Positions 48,010 to 53,617 of a stretch of DNA of 53,617 nt are shown here, in pieces. Where the stretch lies: assembly GCA_964545885.1 (NCBI GenBank), contig CAZJHG010000005.1, positions 1 to 53,617 on the forward strand. The letters run 5' to 3'. Numbering within the stretch: position 1 is the first letter of the stretch; each line of letters starts with the position of its first letter. Position numbers and translations under genes: made by a program. Under the pieces are notes generated by a model. That model was not told the origin of the DNA. It did no database searches and worked only from the letters and a program-made list of their open reading frames with translations. The stretch comes from an uncultured Muribaculaceae bacterium (GTDB taxonomy: Bacteria > Bacillota_I > Bacilli_A > RF39 > UBA660).

Positions 48010-48291
48010 ATGAAAGAGAAATATTTACCAATTGGTACTGTCGTTCTTCTTGAAGGTGGTACTAAACAAGTTATGATAACAGGTTTTTGTGCTGTTGCTG
48101 ATTCTAAAAAAGATAAAATTTTTGATTATCGTGGTTGTCCTTTTCCTGAAGGAGTTATGGAGTCGGCTGGTGTAGCATTATTTGACCATAGTCAAATAAG
48201 AGAAATTTGTCATATAGGATTTGAAAATCCTGAATCAATTGACTTCTCAGATAGATTATTAATTATCGAAGAGAAACTTGCAAATAAATAA
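48010..48291 (+). CDS. DUF4176 family protein
   Basis: KYLPIGTVVLLEGG.K.VMITG...FDYRGCPFPEG...LFDH.QI. Confidence 0.92.
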   Translation: MKEKYLPIGTVVLLEGGTKQVMITGFCAVADSKKDKIFDYRGCPFPEGVMESAGVALFDHSQIREICHIGFENPESIDFSDRLLIIEEKLANK

Positions 48292-48315
48292 AAACACATT
48301 TTTGATGTGTTTTTT
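48290..48315 (+). terminator. terminator closing the T7SS locus
   Basis: AAAAACACAT/ATGTGTTTTT stem. Confidence 0.75.
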
Positions 48316-48460
48316 GCTTGCAATAATTATATAATAATTGTATACTTAATTTGACCTTTTTACTTTTATAATTTAGTTTTTAAGATTAAAACCACTATGG
48401 GATAACTCTCTTTTATGCTTATAGTGGAGTTTTGTTGTGATAGGAAGTGAAGGTGATACA

Positions 48461-50488
48461 ATGGCAATAACTGGTAGAGATTTAGAACTTGAAGAGAGAA
48501 GACTTGATGAAGTAGTTAAATTACTTGATGACAAGTTAGCTTCGATGGGGGAAGATATCTTTGAAGATGAGGATAAATTCTTAGAATTCAGAAAGTATAC
48601 TTGGGATAATATGAGAGCAATGGATGCTCAAGAATTAAATCAAGCGACTGTAGAAAGTGAATTTGAAGCTAATAAGATATTTATGAAGCAAAATTATTTT
48701 AAAAAGCTTTATAGAATTAAAGATAATCCTTATTTTGCTTCAGTTGTGTTTGAGGATGAAGATAACGAAAGATATAGTGTATATCTTGGACTTACTTACT
48801 TAAAAGATGATGATTATGGTAACATAATATATGATTGGAGAAGTCCAATATGTAGTTTATTTTATGATTTTGAAGTTGGACCTTGTGCATATGCTGCACC
48901 TGGTGGTCCAGTAAAGGGTCAACTTATTAGAAAAAGACAATATAAAATTAAAGATAGGAAATTACTTAGTGCCTTTGATAATTCGATGAATATTGATGAT
49001 GAATTATTACAAGAAGTACTAGCTACTGATAGTAATGATAAGATGAAAAATATTGTTAATACTATTCAACAAGAGCAAAATAATGTAATACGTAATGTAA
49101 GAGATAAAACTTTAATAGTATCTGGTATTGCTGGGAGTGGAAAGACTAGTGTTGCGCTACATAGAATTGCTTTCTTATTATATAAAATTAAAAATTTAAC
49201 TAGTAATGATGTTTTGATATTTTCTCCTAATCAGATATTTACTGAATATATTTCTAATGTATTACCAGAATTAGGTGAAGATAATACTTTACAAACTACA
49301 TTTAATGATTATTTGAGTAGTAGTATTACTGAATTTCAAGAAGTTGAACCTTTTATGGAATTTATTGGGAAATTTTATTCTGAAAAAGTAAAGAATCCTG
49401 AATTAATAAAGTATAAACAAAGTGATTCTATAATAAATGATATTAACTTATATATAGAGGATTATGTTAGAAAAGCTAGAATGATTAGTGATTTTACTGA
49501 AAATAAAGTATATACTGTTTATAAAGATGAGATTAATGATTTATTACATAATAGATATAATACATTGCCTTTTTTTGAAAGAGTTGATGTTATAGCTGAA
49601 AAACTAAGTGAAGCCAATTATAAGGGAAGTATAAAAAAGAAACCGACTTATAGAAAATTAATTATGGAAAATAGTAGTTTTAAAAAAGATTACAAAGATA
49701 TATTTTTGGGGTTCTTTTCTAGTCCTTTTTGTAGAATCAGATTTAATGATGAAGAGATAAAAATGTTTAATAAAAGTAAAGTTATTGGTTATGATGATGC
49801 TTTGTTACTTGTTTATATGAAAGGTTTATTAGAGGGATTTCCTTATGAAAGAGATATTAGACAAGTTGTAATTGATGAAGCTCAAGATTATAGTTATTTA
49901 CAATATTTAATTATTTCTAAAATATTTAGAAATAGTAATTTTACAATACTCGGAGATGTTAATCAAACAATAAATCCTTATTATAAGTATGATAGCTTGG
50001 ATATACTTGCTAATATATTTAAACAAAGTAAATGCATTAGTTTGACTAAGACATATAGGTCTAGTCCTGAAATAATTGAGTTTACTAATAAAATACTTGG
50101 TCTTAATCATGTATGCGCAATTAGAAAGACTGAATGTGTTCCGTTGATACATAGAACTGATAATACTAAGTTATTTGATGATATTGATTATTTAAAAACA
50201 AAGTATAAGTCAGTTGCTGTTATAACAAGAGATAATAATACTTCTATTAGGTTATACGAAGAGTTAAAAGATACTTTTCCTATTTCTTTGTTAAATGGTC
50301 AGAGTGAGGAATTTAATAAAGAGTTAGTTGTATTACCTGCTTACTTAGCTAAGGGGTTAGAGTTTGATAGTGTTATTGTATATAGTGATGATGATAGTAA
50401 ATATTTAAAGAATGAGAAAAATTTATTATATGTAGCTTGTACTAGAGCTCAGCATGAGTTAATAGTTTATTCTGGTAGTAAGAAGTAA
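48461..50488 (+). CDS. helD: HelD-like UvrD-family ATPase (RNA polymerase recycling factor)
   Basis: NPYFA, IYDWRSPICSLFY, IVNTIQQEQN, SGIAGSGKTSVALHRIA.LLY, IDEAQDY, KGLEFDSV and LYVACTRAQHEL motifs. Start ATG 48461 after AAGGTGA. Confidence 0.85.
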   Translation: MAITGRDLELEERRLDEVVKLLDDKLASMGEDIFEDEDKFLEFRKYTWDNMRAMDAQELNQATVESEFEANKIFMKQNYFKKLYRIKDNPYFASVVFEDEDNERYSVYLGLTYLKDDDYGNIIYDWRSPICSLFYDFEVGPCAYAAPGGPVKGQLIRKRQYKIKDRKLLSAFDNSMNIDDELLQEVLATDSNDKMKNIVNTIQQEQNNVIRNVRDKTLIVSGIAGSGKTSVALHRIAFLLYKIKNLTSNDVLIFSPNQIFTEYISNVLPELGEDNTLQTTFNDYLSSSITEFQEVEPFMEFIGKFYSEKVKNPELIKYKQSDSIINDINLYIEDYVRKARMISDFTENKVYTVYKDEINDLLHNRYNTLPFFERVDVIAEKLSEANYKGSIKKKPTYRKLIMENSSFKKDYKDIFLGFFSSPFCRIRFNDEEIKMFNKSKVIGYDDALLLVYMKGLLEGFPYERDIRQVVIDEAQDYSYLQYLIISKIFRNSNFTILGDVNQTINPYYKYDSLDILANIFKQSKCISLTKTYRSSPEIIEFTNKILGLNHVCAIRKTECVPLIHRTDNTKLFDDIDYLKTKYKSVAVITRDNNTSIRLYEELKDTFPISLLNGQSEEFNKELVVLPAYLAKGLEFDSVIVYSDDDSKYLKNEKNLLYVACTRAQHELIVYSGSKK

Positions 50489-50575
50489 TATAGAAATGTA
50501 TTACTTCTTTTTAAATTTGTTTGACAAACTTATAATATATTTATAAACTAAATATTACTGAAGGGGAGATTTGAT

Positions 50576-52399
50576 ATGGCGATTACTGCTGTTGATAAGA
50601 TGAAAATAGTTAAGTATTTAAAAGAGAATCCTATTGGAGATATATATTATTTAGATTTATGTGATGCTTTAGGTAAAAGAGGTAAAATTGAGGATATTGA
50701 GTTTCTTGAATTTTTTGTTGATTCTGTTATTAATGAATTCAATAAGAATGTTAAGATATCAATGAAATATGTTACTAAGTTAGTTTATACTATAGATTCT
50801 TTTTTAGGATGGGTTCATGATGCTGGTACTGAAATAAATGAGATTTTATTAGATAAGATAAGAAGTCTTGAAGAGTATTATGATAATTATTTAAATAGAA
50901 ATGAATTTGATATAGATTTGGAATTTACTGATAGATGTTTAGCTGTATTATTAGAATCTGTTAATGAATTATATCCTAAGGATTCTAAAGGAGAAAAAAA
51001 TGATTCTGTTGTTCAATATTTAGTAAGAATAGATGAATTAGAAAAGGAATTAGGAAGTTTAAAAAGAGAGTATTCTGATATAGTACAACGTTTTGATAGT
51101 TTAAAAGAAAAGCTTGATAAACAAAGTATTGAGTTTGGTAAAAAGAGTTCTGAGTTAGCTAGAAATGTTCAATTAGTTGAGAATAAAAATAAAGATATAG
51201 AAAAGCTTAATGTTATTATTAATTCTTTAAATGAAAATATTGAGTTACTTGAATGTTCTTTAAATAGTGTTAGAAGTGAAAATATTGAATTAACTTTATA
51301 TAAAGGTAAGTATGAGGAGATATTAGGTGAGCTTGAGAAAGTAAAAGCTGAAGTTGATGGTATGATTAAAGCTAAAGAAGAAGCTATTTTAAAGGAAAAT
51401 GTTGATAAAGAAGTAGAAAGTCTTATTTATAGGAAATTGATTGTTGAACAAGCTAATATTAATGATATATTGGATTATCTTGATAAAGAAGGTTATTCTT
51501 TAAGTAAGAATGAAGTTTATAATATGTTGAGGAGAATGAAGTGTAAGATTAATTTAGTTAATAGTTCTTTTTCTTTATCTCCTTCTTATAAGATAGTTGT
51601 TCCTAAGGTTATGGAGAATGGTATATTTGATATTGGAGTTCCTATGGATACAAAAGTATATGATATATTGTTAGTATCTGATTTTCATTTAAGGGAGATA
51701 AATGATAAAGTACTTAGTAATGTTTCTAATATGTATGAATATTGTTCTAATCAGGGTATTAATTTGATTATGAATTTAGGAGATTTTTATGATCATTTAT
51801 TAGTAGGAGATAGATTTGAAAATGCTTGTAGTAATTATCGTTTAGTTGAAAAGAGTATTTCTTTGTTACCTAGATGTGATGGTATATATCAGGCTATATT
51901 GGGAGGAAATCATGATGGGAAGATTCTTAGATATGGTTTTGATCCTATTGATATGTTAACTCAAGAGAGAGAAGATTTTATTAATCTTGGATATAAGCAT
52001 TGTACTATTACACTTAATGGTAGCAAGAGTGTTTGTAATAGTTTTGATTTGCATCATCCTAGTGGAATGTTTTTTGATTTATCGTTAGGGGATGATGGCG
52101 TTGCTTCTGAAAATATATTAGGATATTTAAATCAATTATATGAGGGTATTGGTAGAAATAGAGATGATTCTTTTGTAGATTTATTTGGTCATACTCATAA
52201 GAGTCAATATAATTTTATGGATTCATATTGTTTTATTCCGGCTTTCTTTGAAGGTAAGAATAAGAGGGGAGCTTGTCATTTAAAAATTTATTTGGATGAA
52301 GATACACAAATTAAATATATGGTATTTATGCCTCTTAGTATTAATGATAAGTTTATTAAGCAGAACGAAATTGTTTATCAGAAGGTTCTATCTAGGTAG
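50576..52399 (+). CDS. coiled-coil protein with a C-terminal calcineurin-like metallophosphoesterase domain
   Basis: SDFHL, NLGDFYD, GGNHD, HHP and FGHTH motifs, after a long heptad region. Confidence 0.75.
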   Translation: MAITAVDKMKIVKYLKENPIGDIYYLDLCDALGKRGKIEDIEFLEFFVDSVINEFNKNVKISMKYVTKLVYTIDSFLGWVHDAGTEINEILLDKIRSLEEYYDNYLNRNEFDIDLEFTDRCLAVLLESVNELYPKDSKGEKNDSVVQYLVRIDELEKELGSLKREYSDIVQRFDSLKEKLDKQSIEFGKKSSELARNVQLVENKNKDIEKLNVIINSLNENIELLECSLNSVRSENIELTLYKGKYEEILGELEKVKAEVDGMIKAKEEAILKENVDKEVESLIYRKLIVEQANINDILDYLDKEGYSLSKNEVYNMLRRMKCKINLVNSSFSLSPSYKIVVPKVMENGIFDIGVPMDTKVYDILLVSDFHLREINDKVLSNVSNMYEYCSNQGINLIMNLGDFYDHLLVGDRFENACSNYRLVEKSISLLPRCDGIYQAILGGNHDGKILRYGFDPIDMLTQEREDFINLGYKHCTITLNGSKSVCNSFDLHHPSGMFFDLSLGDDGVASENILGYLNQLYEGIGRNRDDSFVDLFGHTHKSQYNFMDSYCFIPAFFEGKNKRGACHLKIYLDEDTQIKYMVFMPLSINDKFIKQNEIVYQKVLSR

Positions 52400-52438
52400 T
52401 ATTTGGCATAAAATAAGAGATAAAGTAACAAAATAGAG

Positions 52439-52467
52439 TTGACAAGTGAGAAAAACTCGTATATAAT
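52439..52467 (+). promoter_or_regulatory. consensus sigma-A promoter of infC-rpmI-rplT
   Basis: TTGACA-N17-TATAAT. Confidence 0.88.
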
Positions 52468-52479
52468 CTATCTTGTTAT

Positions 52480-52609
52480 TGAAAAGAAAGCGATGTATCC
52501 ACATCCACCTGATTGAAGTGAGTTTCAATAGGTAAGAGAGCTAAATAAAAGGTAGTATAAAATTTTATTTCGTTTTTCAAAGGGTGGATACTAGATGTTC
52601 GCCCTTTTT
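52480..52609 (+). promoter_or_regulatory. L20 leader-type attenuator
   Basis: GCGATGTATCCAC/ATCCACC can pair with GGGTGGATAC...TCGC. The competing terminator is AAGGGTGGA/TTCGCCCTT plus a T-run (52579-52609). The position matches the Firmicute L20 leader. Confidence 0.7.
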
Positions 52610-52630
52610 AATTGTGTGGAGGTGCTTACT

Positions 52631-53155
52631 ATAGCAAAGGATAAAAATGAAATGCCAATCAATGAACAAATAAGAGTGGCAGAATTAATGGTTATTGGTC
52701 CAAATGGAGAACAAATGGGAGTTAAAAAGTTAGCTGATGCATTAACATTGGCAAACTATGCTGGATTAGATTTAGTATTAATGAGTGATAATTCAGTGCC
52801 TGCTGTTGGTAAAATTATGGATTATAACAAATACCGTTATGAAAAACAAAAGAAACTTAAAGAATCACAAAAGAAACAAAGAGAAAGTAATAAAGACTTA
52901 AAAGAATATCAATTAAGTCCTAATATAGATATTCATGACTTTAATACTCGTAAAAAGAATGCTTCTGATTATTTAGTTAAAGGACATAAGATTAAAGTTT
53001 CTATTAGATTTAAAGGTAGAAGAATAGATCGCCCTGAATTAGGTAAAGAAGTTATGCTTCGTTTTGCTGAGGAATTAAGTGAAGTATCTATTATCGAGTC
53101 ACAGCCTAAGTTAGAAGGTCGTACTATGATAATGCTATTAGCACCAAAAAAATAA
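52631..53155 (+). CDS. infC: translation initiation factor IF-3 with a non-canonical ATA start
   Basis: GGAGGTG (52618-52624) sits 6 nt before an in-frame ATA. INEQIR, CKIMDY-equivalent GKIMDYNKYRYE, and KVSIRFKGR motifs. Confidence 0.93.
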   Translation: MAKDKNEMPINEQIRVAELMVIGPNGEQMGVKKLADALTLANYAGLDLVLMSDNSVPAVGKIMDYNKYRYEKQKKLKESQKKQRESNKDLKEYQLSPNIDIHDFNTRKKNASDYLVKGHKIKVSIRFKGRRIDRPELGKEVMLRFAEELSEVSIIESQPKLEGRTMIMLLAPKK

Positions 53156-53177
53156 TATTAAGAAAGAGGAAGTAATT

Positions 53178-53366
53178 ATGGGAAAACAAAAAACACATAA
53201 AGCATCTAGTAAAGTTCTTAAAGCTAAGAAGAATGGTCAATTAGTTTATAAAAAATCAAATGGAAATCATAAAACTGCAAAAGATTCTGCAAAAGAAGTT
53301 AGACAAAGAAGAAATAAAGGCGTATTAGCTGATGGTTTTGCTAAACGTTTAAAGGATTTCATTTAA
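53178..53366 (+). CDS. rpmI: 50S ribosomal protein L35
   Basis: MGKQKTHKAS.K; position between infC and rplT. Confidence 0.9.
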   Translation: MGKQKTHKASSKVLKAKKNGQLVYKKSNGNHKTAKDSAKEVRQRRNKGVLADGFAKRLKDFI

Positions 53367-53385
53367 TAGGAAAGGGGAGTAAGAC

Positions 53386-53617
53386 ATGACAAGAGTTAAA
53401 GGCGGAAACGTTGCTAAAAATAGAAGAAGAAAAGTTTTAAAGGCTGCTAAAGGTTATTTTGGTTCTAAACACAGATTATTCAAAACTGCTCAAGAACAAA
53501 CTTTCCATAGTGGAGTATATGCTTTTAGAGATAGAAAACAAAATAAGAGAAATTTCAGAAAATTATGGATTACAAGAATTAATGCTGCTTGTAGAGAAAA
53601 CGGAATTAGTTATTCTA
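53386..53617 (+). CDS. rplT: 50S ribosomal protein L20 (partial, runs off the window)
   Basis: [26 protein letters not shown]...[23 protein letters not shown]. Confidence 0.96.
   Translation, partial: MTRVKGGNVAKNRRRKVLKAAKGYFGSKHRLFKTAQEQTFHSGVYAFRDRKQNKRNFRKLWITRINAACRENGISYS

Noticed and set aside
27356-48291. Prophage or ICE interpretation of the long same-strand hypothetical cluster
   Set aside because: There is no integrase, terminase, capsid, relaxase or VirB4 motif, and EssC, EsaB, WXG100 and DUF4176 explain the cluster.
42660-50152. Short ORF-track entries at 42660, 42679, 42693, 44055, 44510, 45260, 46318, 47326 and 49907
   Set aside because: They are shadows of longer genes; for example, the PPLF repeat ORF is simply the antisense of GGNN.
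52595-52630. ATG 52595 as the infC start
   Set aside because: It lies within the leader terminator hairpin and has no SD; the SD points to ATA 52631.

Overview
AT-rich Bacillota chromosome window using genetic code 11. Gene content and order suggest an uncultured gut Bacilli lineage such as RF39 or an Erysipelotrichales relative (inference). The left half is mostly housekeeping: ackA, nrnA, recX, prsA, ftsK, glmS with its ribozyme, engB, pgi, der and thrS with a T-box. It also holds surface and hypothetical genes, a 190-bp MITE and a frameshifted IS3, both inserted into terminator hairpins, and an unannotated 29-aa YjcZ/SscA-like gene behind a sigma-K-type promoter. The standout is a ~21-kb type VII secretion (T7SSb-like) locus at 27374-48291, between thrS and helD/infC. 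It contains a monocistronic essC, esaB/yukD, about ten small WXG100-like or helical-hairpin genes, six larger proteins with WXG/LXG-like N-termini, and three DUF4176 genes. No essA, essB or esaA is visible in the window and no classical toxin domain is recognisable. The substrates fall into three parallel four-gene cassettes plus two short WXG-pair transcripts. Those two transcripts share what looks like a conserved, structured 5' leader that I do not recognise. One putative effector is split by a single in-frame TAG. The window ends with helD, a metallophosphoesterase, and the L20 leader-infC (ATA start)-rpmI-rplT operon. All calls come from manual reading; no database searches were run.
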